This document shows positions 57,014 to 64,000 of a stretch of DNA of 64,000 nt, piece after piece. Position numbers and translations under genes: made by a program. The notes below the pieces were generated by a model. That model saw only the letters and a program-made list of their open reading frames with translations. It was not told the origin of the DNA and did no database searches. Where the stretch lies: NCBI GenBank assembly GCA_017417215.1, contig JAFPZP010000066.1, forward strand, positions 82,814 through 146,813. Direction: 5' to 3'. Origin of the DNA: Candidatus Rifleibacteriota bacterium (lineage in GTDB: Bacteria; Muiribacteriota; Ozemobacteria; Ozemobacterales; Ozemobacteraceae). Positions within the stretch are counted from its first letter, which is position 1; every line of letters starts with the position of its first letter.

Positions 57014-57885
57014 CTAATCTCTGGCATTTCCTCTCTGATTCTAGAGAGAGTTGAATGATAGATAAATTCTCTTTCTCCAATGTTTATTTTATCACCATCA
57101 ACTAATGCTCTATAGCGAAACTTAGACCCATTAACAGAGGCTCTGAAATCACTACTTTGAAGTTCAAAGACGTGAACAGAGTCTTTTTCTGTTATATAGA
57201 ATAAAACTTCTGGGCCTTCAGGTAAGGTTAAATCGCATTCATTTGAAGAGCCTACAGAAAAATCATCTTCAAGATAATATCTAAAAGTTATTCCATAACC
57301 TCTATATTCATCTAGCCATCCTTCTTTCAGTAATTCCCAGATAATAACAAAACCTAGCCCAATCATAAAACCAAGAAATAGAAAAGAAAGCAAATAATAA
57401 TTATCTAACAGGAAAACTTTGTCTATTAATGCTCCTGCAACAATAAATGCAGGTATGAAGCCCATAAGGGTTTTGCATAGAATTTTAATACTATTGTATA
57501 TAAAACTGAAAGTGCATGACAGACCAATAGCCAGTAAAAGCCACCAGAAAAACCTTAAAACAGTTAAAGGTATATTGGTTCCGCTGTCTATTATTGATTC
57601 CATTATTAATGAATAAACGGTACTGCCTAAGGCTGTCAGTGAAAAGCATATTATAAATGGCGATATAAAATAATGTAATGATTTGATAAAATGTCTTTCC
57701 ATTATCAAAATAGGTATGGAAGAGACTAGACCAGCAAAAAGACCACAAAACATACTCGAAGTCATTAAACTGGTTTGAAAGTTACCTATTAAATCCCAAG
57801 GATTTCCTCCACGATATAAAAGCCAGCTAAGTAAGCCGGCTAATATACCTGATAAGCAACTTTCAAGAAAGAATAGGAAGTTCAT
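57010..57885 (-). CDS. polytopic membrane protein with C-terminal FHA-like domain
   Basis: 291 aa. The N-terminal two-thirds holds about 6-7 hydrophobic segments. The C-terminal roughly 90 aa reads VGSSNECDLTLP...SVNGSKFRYRALVDGDKINIGEREFIY, an FHA-like G-x-x-x-x-C-D-h-x-h / NG / GD-x-I-x-h-G pattern, but the usual SR-x-H is not evident. Its stop overlaps the convergent lipoprotein stop (TTAA). Confidence 0.5.
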   Translation of the reverse strand: MNFLFFLESCLSGILAGLLSWLLYRGGNPWDLIGNFQTSLMTSSMFCGLFAGLVSSIPILIMERHFIKSLHYFISPFIICFSLTALGSTVYSLIMESIIDSGTNIPLTVLRFFWWLLLAIGLSCTFSFIYNSIKILCKTLMGFIPAFIVAGALIDKVFLLDNYYLLSFLFLGFMIGLGFVIIWELLKEGWLDEYRGYGITFRYYLEDDFSVGSSNECDLTLPEGPEVLFYITEKDSVHVFELQSSDFRASVNGSKFRYRALVDGDKINIGEREFIYHSTLSRIREEMPEIS

Positions 57886-57911
57886 CTTTAAGTTATAAGA
57901 CTCAAGTTACA

Positions 57912-57948
57912 AGACACAAGATTCAAGTTTAACTTGTATCTTGTGTCT
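57912..57948. repeat. 37-nt near-perfect palindrome between the AAA+ gene stop and the FHA-membrane gene start
   Basis: agacacaagattcaagt-tta-acttgtatcttgtgtct: a 17-bp stem with one mismatch and a 3-nt loop. It is embedded in several caagtt/aacttg repeats. Confidence 0.8.
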
Positions 57949-57961
57949 CAAGTTTGGGTCT

Positions 57962-59248
57962 TTATTCTATTGTTTCTACAAGGGTCATTTCAGTGACGAA
58001 GTAGATGTCGTAAGCTTCTTGGATTTCTTGAGGAGTAATAGCTACGTTTTCGTCTTCCAAATAACGTTTTCTATCTCTGATGATATTTAGTATGTCGCGT
58101 GGATGAACTGCGCGAAGTCCGCGTTTCTTGGCCTTATAGATTTCAAGAATCTGTTTGATGTTTTCGGGGTCGAACTTAAGACCAAGTTTGTTGCAGACGC
58201 CTTTCCAAATATCAGTATATTCTTCAACATTTGGATTTCTAACGTTAATCTTGTAGGGCAAACGTCTTAAGAATGCATCATCAACAATTTTCATTGGGTC
58301 GAGGTTCGTACTGAAGAGTATGATTTCGTCTGTTGGAACTTCCATACGCTGTCCACCGAGAACCATATAGTCAACCTTGTTTTCAAGAGGAATGATAAAA
58401 CGGTTGAAAATTTCTTCAACTGCGCATCTCTGTCTGCCCAAGTCGTCTACGAGAAGAACTCCGCCAGTTGCTTTAACCTGTGGTGGAACGTCAAAGCAGC
58501 CGTATTTGTTATTATATTTAACTTCAAGGTCGTCAAGAGTCAATTCACCGCCGACTGTAATCAAAGGAGGATTTACAGCTACCCATCTTTGGTCTAAACC
58601 ATCCATGTCGAAAGTTTCGATAACCTGATGACAGCTTGGGTCGAAAACTTTTACCAACTGACCGCCAATTTCAACAGCATAAGGAACAATCATCGGAGGC
58701 AATAATTTTACGACAGAACTACAGAGGAATGTTTTACCATTACCAGGGAAACCATAAACGAAAGCTGGCTTGCGTGCGCAGACTGCCTGACCGATCTGGA
58801 ACAGAACGTCTCTATAACCAGTATGATCGCTTAATTTTTCTTCTAGGAAATCATGATTGATTCTGAAAGAAGACTTGGATTCGGCAAGAATTTGTTTGGT
58901 GAATTTAATATATTCATCAAAACTTACTGGTGTAGCACCTACGTAAGCATCTCTTTCCTGAATATTTCTGGCTCTTTCCATTCCTTTTGGATAAAGGCCA
59001 TACTGATAGTCGTCGCCCATACCGGTTCCGCCTACCATTGCAACTAATTCCTGCTTCTTTAAATCTGCAATAACACCGGAAACTATTTCTGTGTTAACTT
59101 TCAAACGCTTTGCTATTCTTCTTGGAACATCTTTTCCATGAAGATATAGTTCTTTAATAATGAGATTGGTTAGAATTTCAGGGTCTATATTAAGTTCAAA
59201 AAGGGTTTTGGGTTCTGGTGGAATAATTTTTCTTAAATCTAATGCCAT
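57962..59248 (-). CDS. AAA+ ATPase with N-terminal winged-helix-like region
   Basis: I prefer the ATG at 59248, with GGAGG 8 nt upstream, giving about 428 aa; the track starts at 59263. It has Walker A GFPGNGKTF, a Walker B-like GVLLVDDLG, and DDAFLRRLPYKINVRNP, which resembles the classic AAA D-x-A-h-LRR-h segment. An N-terminal HTH-like stretch reads RRIAKRLKVNTEIVSGVIADLKKQELV. Confidence 0.65.
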   Translation of the reverse strand: MALDLRKIIPPEPKTLFELNIDPEILTNLIIKELYLHGKDVPRRIAKRLKVNTEIVSGVIADLKKQELVAMVGGTGMGDDYQYGLYPKGMERARNIQERDAYVGATPVSFDEYIKFTKQILAESKSSFRINHDFLEEKLSDHTGYRDVLFQIGQAVCARKPAFVYGFPGNGKTFLCSSVVKLLPPMIVPYAVEIGGQLVKVFDPSCHQVIETFDMDGLDQRWVAVNPPLITVGGELTLDDLEVKYNNKYGCFDVPPQVKATGGVLLVDDLGRQRCAVEEIFNRFIIPLENKVDYMVLGGQRMEVPTDEIILFSTNLDPMKIVDDAFLRRLPYKINVRNPNVEEYTDIWKGVCNKLGLKFDPENIKQILEIYKAKKRGLRAVHPRDILNIIRDRKRYLEDENVAITPQEIQEAYDIYFVTEMTLVETIE

Positions 59249-59375
59249 TATAGAAACCTCCATAAATTTCTAAAGATACTCTAATACATTTCATGGAGTT
59301 ATTACAAGAGGTATCTTGCTCTAATTAATTAGAATATGATATTAAATTACAATCTCTAATTTTGTGAGGCAAAAA

Positions 59376-60122
59376 ATGCTTATTGATGAAATAGAAGTTC
59401 AAGGTTCTTCACTATCGTTTAAATGCTTGAATTTAAAAATAGATGATATAAAAACAACTTTCGATACTATTATGCAGAAAGGTGATATTTTTGATATAGA
59501 TGCTGGAACGCCAGGTTTTCATGATTGCGACTGCGATAAAGGTGTTATCAGAGGTTTCTATTCAAATCTCGCATCCTTCAATGTTGAATTTTTTAAAGAT
59601 GGAATTACTACAAAAGAAGAATTTAAGCGCATTGAAAGCTGTGAATTTTTAATAACTCCTGAAAGAATTTATTTGTTTGGGAAACAGGGCCCTCAGAAGC
59701 TTATTGAAATGGCTTTGTCTGCTGCTACTGGCGAACATGTTGAAAGAGTTGAATTTGACAATCACTGTATGGAACTGGTTCAAGGCAGATTGACTGTTAT
59801 GAAGTCTATTGTGGTTGAAAATCCTAAAGACAAAGAAATTCGCCGTGCAAGATTGACTGGTCATATGGAAGATTATGAATCTTACAATATTGTTGAGCCC
59901 AATAATCATGAAATTAATTCAATAAGCGGTATTATAGAAACTCCCTTAGGGGCTATGACACTTACGGTAGATAAAAAAGGCAAAGTCAGATTAGGAGTAA
60001 AAAGGGGTCTTATTATTAATTTAGATAATCTAAATTGGATTTTGGAACTTATTACCAGTGATGCTGGTCCCGCTCCGATTAAGACTCTTATAGAAGGTGC
60101 TTCAGAAAACGCCCCGTTCTGA
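59376..60122 (+). CDS. hypothetical protein
   Basis: The ATG is at 59376; the track starts at GTG 59364. About 248 aa with no signal peptide and no motif I recognise. It diverges from the AAA+ gene. Confidence 0.5.
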   Translation: MLIDEIEVQGSSLSFKCLNLKIDDIKTTFDTIMQKGDIFDIDAGTPGFHDCDCDKGVIRGFYSNLASFNVEFFKDGITTKEEFKRIESCEFLITPERIYLFGKQGPQKLIEMALSAATGEHVERVEFDNHCMELVQGRLTVMKSIVVENPKDKEIRRARLTGHMEDYESYNIVEPNNHEINSISGIIETPLGAMTLTVDKKGKVRLGVKRGLIINLDNLNWILELITSDAGPAPIKTLIEGASENAPF

Positions 60123-60151
60123 TATATTATCCCCTTTCTCGTTTGTTTGTA

Positions 60152-60228
60152 GCCTACCCATTGTCATAAACGTATAGCTTTCAGGGCTAAAGCCCATACG
60201 CTATACTTTTTATGACAAATGTGTAGGC
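60152..60228. repeat. 77-nt imperfect inverted repeat (long hairpin) in the intergenic region
   Basis: The left arm is gcctac-cca-ttgtcataaa-c-gtatagc. The right arm is gctatac-tt-tttatgacaa-atgt-gtaggc. The paired blocks are 6+10+7 bp, around an inner gggct-aa-agccc hairpin. Confidence 0.75.
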
Positions 60229-60329
60229 AATTAGCACAATCTAATTTGGATTTAAAAATTAGTTTTGATACAGCCTCTAACAAAGAGGGTAATCAAAGGA
60301 TAATTTCTATAAAAGATAACAATATAATA

Positions 60330-61049
60330 ATGAATAACATAATAAACGAACTAAAAAAATATAAAAGCATTTGTTTTTACCCTTCTTGTGGCACTGATTT
60401 GAGTGATATCGATTATTTTTGTTCTGGTCGGCTTCCGAGAGAAGAACGTAATAAAGAAGATGCTATTTCGGAAGCTTGGCATGGAGATTTCGATGAACCA
60501 GAAGTTTTCGTTCATAGTGATGTGAATTTTTATATGGAATTTGAGTCTGGTGAAGACTTGGATTTATCTGAATGTGGAATTCATGGAAAATTTGAAATTC
60601 TAAGCTTTGAACAGCTTGAAAACATTGATAAACCTAACCGCATAAATGGCAACTTCCCTTATAGTGGTCAGTGTTTTAAATATACTTTAAAGGTTTGGGG
60701 AAAAGAAAAGCCGATTACATTGATTTTCTGCCTTTGTGAAAATGAATATATTGTCTCACAGATTTTTCTATCCAATAAAATAAATCTAAATTATATCTGG
60801 TCTAAAAACTGGAATGGTGGACGAACTTATGGAACCTGGCTTGCAAGAGTTTCTAAAAAAATAGGAGTCAGATTATTCTATACAGATTGGCTTTGTTTAC
60901 CAGGTTTTAGAGGGGAACCTTCCAATTCGATAGTTTACGAAAAGTATCCGGAACTATTATTTGAAGAAGATTCAAAATTAGAACGAACAGATAACCATTG
61001 GATAGAAGAAGGGGCACATGGTTGGGTGGATGAATTTATCGTGAAATAA
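60330..61049 (+). CDS. hypothetical protein
   Basis: I prefer the ATG at 60330 (MNNIINELKK). The track start at 60219 lies inside the right arm of the inverted repeat. About 239 aa, with no signal peptide and no recognised motif. Confidence 0.5.
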   Translation: MNNIINELKKYKSICFYPSCGTDLSDIDYFCSGRLPREERNKEDAISEAWHGDFDEPEVFVHSDVNFYMEFESGEDLDLSECGIHGKFEILSFEQLENIDKPNRINGNFPYSGQCFKYTLKVWGKEKPITLIFCLCENEYIVSQIFLSNKINLNYIWSKNWNGGRTYGTWLARVSKKIGVRLFYTDWLCLPGFRGEPSNSIVYEKYPELLFEEDSKLERTDNHWIEEGAHGWVDEFIVK

Positions 61050-61120
61050 CAAGGGGTATGGAAAAGTAATTATTGATGTGGTACTATTAAGTTATTAATT
61101 TACAAAACATCGGATATGAA

Positions 61121-61513
61121 ATGAACAAAAAAACTATTTCCATATTTTTTCTTTACTTGTTATTTGGGCTTTCCTTAACTCTTAATGCACAGACTCCAGG
61201 TACTTCCAGTGACCCTTTGGTTACAAAAAGTTATCTTGATTTTGCTGCAAAATTAAGAAGTGTAGAGGTCAAATCAGGGACCACTGTTAATGCTGAAACT
61301 GGAGCATTAATAATAGTAATGTCGGGGCAGCTAAAACTTGAACTGAAAAAGGGCGGTTTTGTTATCGACCTTACTAATGGTAGAAAATTAGGTTCTAATA
61401 CTACATTACAGGTTTTTCACTTGATTATGGTTCCAAATGGTTCACTTTGCAGCTTTAAAGCTAGAAAAGATTCTAGTTTAATGGCTATGGGAATTAGTGA
61501 TGACGCTGAATAA
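61121..61513 (+). CDS. small secreted protein of unknown function
   Basis: 130 aa with signal peptide MNKKTISIFFLYLLFGLSLTLNA and a beta-rich mature part. Confidence 0.5.
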   Translation: MNKKTISIFFLYLLFGLSLTLNAQTPGTSSDPLVTKSYLDFAAKLRSVEVKSGTTVNAETGALIIVMSGQLKLELKKGGFVIDLTNGRKLGSNTTLQVFHLIMVPNGSLCSFKARKDSSLMAMGISDDAE

Positions 61514-61532
61514 AGCGTAACTTTTTGAGGAT

Positions 61533-64000
61533 ATGAATTTATTAAAGAAAATATCTCTATTTTGGTTAATTGTTATTCCTTTGGTTCTCCCAGGTATCAT
61601 AGTTGCGACTATGAGATGTATGCTGCGTTCTGCTGTTGAGCAGGAAGATGTTTTTGTTGAAACTGTAGCTGATTTCGATGAATTTAGAAAACTAGCCAGA
61701 AAAGACGGCTGGTCTATTGAAGAACTATTTGTAAAGTTAAAGGAAAATGGAGCCAGTTCTGTTGCTATTTCAGAAGATACTTTGGCTTCTTTGGAATTAG
61801 AAGGTAAGATAACCGTTTTAAGTTCTAAGGAAATTAGAAAACTCTCATTAGACGAGACTTTTGAAGTAAAACTTCCTACTGACACAAGTGCCTTGGCTGG
61901 GCTTTGGGTTCATTCCGATGATGACAAGCTTTTAGATAGAATTACTCAGAATCTTTCTTGGAAATTATCTGATAAAACATTAATACGTATACATCGCAAT
62001 CTTTTGCTTATAAATAAATCAGGTGATGGTTTTACAGAAAAGGTAGGCTTAGGCTTTTCTGAAGAATACTTTAAATTGGCAGAAAAAACCGGTTTAGGGG
62101 TTGTTGCCAGAGTATTCAATTATCCTGGTTTAACTGCTGAAAGTGCAAGCAAGATAATTAATTCTGTTCCAGACCCCGCAAGTGTTTCTGCTCTGCTGTT
62201 CTCTGACGATGAGATGCTCGGAGCTCGTGGCGAATTAGATAAAATTATTGATATTTTCCAAAACCCTTCTTACAGAATAGGCTGGATAGAATTTGATACT
62301 CAAGACGGAATAAAAGAATATATCAAGAAATTGTCTAAAAATAGACCTTTTGTAAGAGTTCACAGTATAACGAGAAAAGAACTTGATTTGGTCTATACTC
62401 CACAAAGAGCTGTTGCAAGATGGGTTAGAGCTGTAAAAGACAGAAGCTTGAAAATGCTTTATTTCAAATGCTTTTTGCAAGACGAAGATAGATATGTAGC
62501 GAACCTGACAGAGTTCAATATTAAATATCTTAAAGACAGTGTTGATGCATTGGTTAAAGCTGGTTTTAAAATAGCAAGTAACGATGAAGAACGAAAAAAT
62601 GAACCTTTATTAAAGCTAGGAAGACTTATTCCTGCTGAAACAATGGTTATTTCTTTGGCTTTGATGCTTGGACTCTTAATATTCTTAAGATTATGCTTCA
62701 TTCCGCAAATAGAAGGAACAACTGTTTTAATATATACTTTCGCAACAGTTTGTCTTTATTACTTGTATCCAAAACAGTTGCCAGGTTGGGCTGGTTTAAT
62801 AGGAGCTATATCATATTCTTGTATAGGTTTGTTCCTGGCTTCAAATGCTGTTGAAGATAATAATTATACTTTTATTAGAAATTCAATAAGATTTATAGTA
62901 TTGCTCGTTCTACCATCAATAATAGGTGGTTTTCTAATAGCTGGTCTATATTCAAATATTGAATTCCTTCTGAAACTAGAACAGTTTAGAGGTATCAAGC
63001 TTGCTTTTATAATACCTTTGATAATAAGCGTTGCATGGTCATTGAAGAAGTATGGCAAAAATGTTTTTACTTTAATTCAAAAGCCAATGACCATAGTAAG
63101 CGTTTTGGTATTAGGTGCAGTAGTTGTTAGTCTGTTCCTATATATAATCAGATCCGACAATACTACTCTGTTAAAGCCAACGGCATTAGAAGACTGTGCT
63201 AGAACTTTCCTGGAAAATACATTAGTTGCCAGACCAAGAAACAAGGAATTCCTTGTCGGTTATCCGGCAGCTTTGCTATTTGTCCTTCTTTTGATGCGCA
63301 AAGAATTGCTACTTCTTCCTCTCTTGGCTTTATTTGTTCAAATGGGGCAAGTATCAGTAGTCAATACCTTCTGCCATTTCCATACACATTTGTTGATGAC
63401 TTTATTGAGAGTCGGCAACGGACTTTGGCTTGGAATACTTTTAGGGTTAATTCTCGTTTCGGTATGGAGATTTTTCCAACTTATAAATGCTTATGGACTA
63501 GGAAAAGAAAAGAAGATTTTCCTTGTTGGTTATTTTGGCTATGGCAATGCTGGAGATGAACTATTACGTGAAGTCTACACTGATAAAGTATCTAAAAAAT
63601 TAGATGACTATAAGATATCTGTATTAATTGGCAATAAACCACCAGAAAAGAATGATCATAAAGTTAACTGGGTTCTTCGAAGAGATTTTACTGCCGTAAT
63701 TGAAGAGCTGATTAAGTCAGAAGCTCTTGTTATTCCTGGCGGTGGAATATTCCAATCAGTTACAAGCTATCGAAGTTTGATGTATTACTTGCTTATAGTC
63801 AGGTTGGCAAGATGTTTTAAAACAAGGGTTGTTCTGCCTGCTCAGGGCTTAGGACCTTGGAGAAACAACAGCCTTCTTGCTTTATGGCTACATAAAAAGC
63901 TTGCTCATGAACTTAAAAAAGCTGATTACGTCACAGTCAGAGACAGTAATTCTGTAGAAAAATACAAAGAAATTACTTCTTTGGAAGCTTATGTAGAATC
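61533..64000 (+). CDS. csaB: DUF5693-like membrane domain fused to polysaccharide pyruvyl transferase CsaB (3' end beyond window)
   Basis: It is not in the supplied track. I read an uninterrupted + frame from the ATG at 61533 to the window end (about 822 codons). It begins with an N-terminal TM and a soluble region, then a multi-TM block (about 62640-63480). After that comes KIFLVGYFGYGNAGDELL ... LVIPGGGIFQSVTSYRSLMYYL, matching the CsaB N-terminal G-Y-x-G-x-G-N-x-GD and GGG-x-x-Q-x-x-TS-x-RSL-x-YY motifs. Confidence 0.7.
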   Translation, partial: MNLLKKISLFWLIVIPLVLPGIIVATMRCMLRSAVEQEDVFVETVADFDEFRKLARKDGWSIEELFVKLKENGASSVAISEDTLASLELEGKITVLSSKEIRKLSLDETFEVKLPTDTSALAGLWVHSDDDKLLDRITQNLSWKLSDKTLIRIHRNLLLINKSGDGFTEKVGLGFSEEYFKLAEKTGLGVVARVFNYPGLTAESASKIINSVPDPASVSALLFSDDEMLGARGELDKIIDIFQNPSYRIGWIEFDTQDGIKEYIKKLSKNRPFVRVHSITRKELDLVYTPQRAVARWVRAVKDRSLKMLYFKCFLQDEDRYVANLTEFNIKYLKDSVDALVKAGFKIASNDEERKNEPLLKLGRLIPAETMVISLALMLGLLIFLRLCFIPQIEGTTVLIYTFATVCLYYLYPKQLPGWAGLIGAISYSCIGLFLASNAVEDNNYTFIRNSIRFIVLLVLPSIIGGFLIAGLYSNIEFLLKLEQFRGIKLAFIIPLIISVAWSLKKYGKNVFTLIQKPMTIVSVLVLGAVVVSLFLYIIRSDNTTLLKPTALEDCARTFLENTLVARPRNKEFLVGYPAALLFVLLLMRKELLLLPLLALFVQMGQVSVVNTFCHFHTHLLMTLLRVGNGLWLGILLGLILVSVWRFFQLINAYGLGKEKKIFLVGYFGYGNAGDELLREVYTDKVSKKLDDYKISVLIGNKPPEKNDHKVNWVLRRDFTAVIEELIKSEALVIPGGGIFQSVTSYRSLMYYLLIVRLARCFKTRVVLPAQGLGPWRNNSLLALWLHKKLAHELKKADYVTVRDSNSVEKYKEITSLEAYVE

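Noticed and set aside
57419-59047. Track ORFs 57419..57616, 57491..57748, 58377..58628, 58636..58860 and 58853..59047
   Set aside because: They are antisense or out-of-frame inside the FHA-like membrane gene and the AAA+ gene, with no supporting motifs.
61478-63058. Minus-strand track ORFs 61478..61885, 62235..62480, 62459..62701 and 62864..63058
   Set aside because: They are antisense to the uninterrupted + strand DUF5693-like/CsaB ORF, which carries recognisable CsaB motifs.

Overview
AT-rich window (judged by eye, not computed) from a diderm-type bacterium, as indicated by kdsD for Kdo/LPS, mlaFED and Skp/OmpH-like genes. I saw no rRNA, tRNA, CRISPR array, transposase or integrase. The flanks are housekeeping: a type I asparaginase, an mlaF-mlaE-long-mlaD operon continuing into an S55-like protease and a phosphodiester glycosidase, kdsD, argF, tyrS, and a two-gene UvrD-helicase/RecB-nuclease pair (AddAB/AdnAB-like). 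The centre (about 22.5-57.0 kb) is a 34.5 kb cell-surface locus. Two colinear paralogous giant Ig-repeat proteins (about 4004 and 3338 aa) share a C-terminal FlgD-Ig/T9SS-CTD-like tail and are transcribed divergently. Between them sits a tightly coupled operon of one secreted unknown, three Skp/OmpH-like paralogs, three prepilin/PilX-like proteins and a 1686-aa secreted protein in the PilY1 position. Two paralogous TPR-like lipoproteins flank giant 2. No pilus ATPase, platform, secretin or prepilin peptidase lies in the window. This locus is my best candidate for an undescribed system. Downstream lie a polytopic FHA-like membrane protein, an AAA+ ATPase, two unknown proteins and two long palindromes. 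A long open-ended + strand ORF (61533 to the window end) is missing from the supplied track and looks like a DUF5693-type membrane domain fused to the pyruvyl transferase CsaB. All functional calls rest on motifs read by eye; no database search was run. Hand-counted coordinates of small motifs may be off by 1-2 nt.
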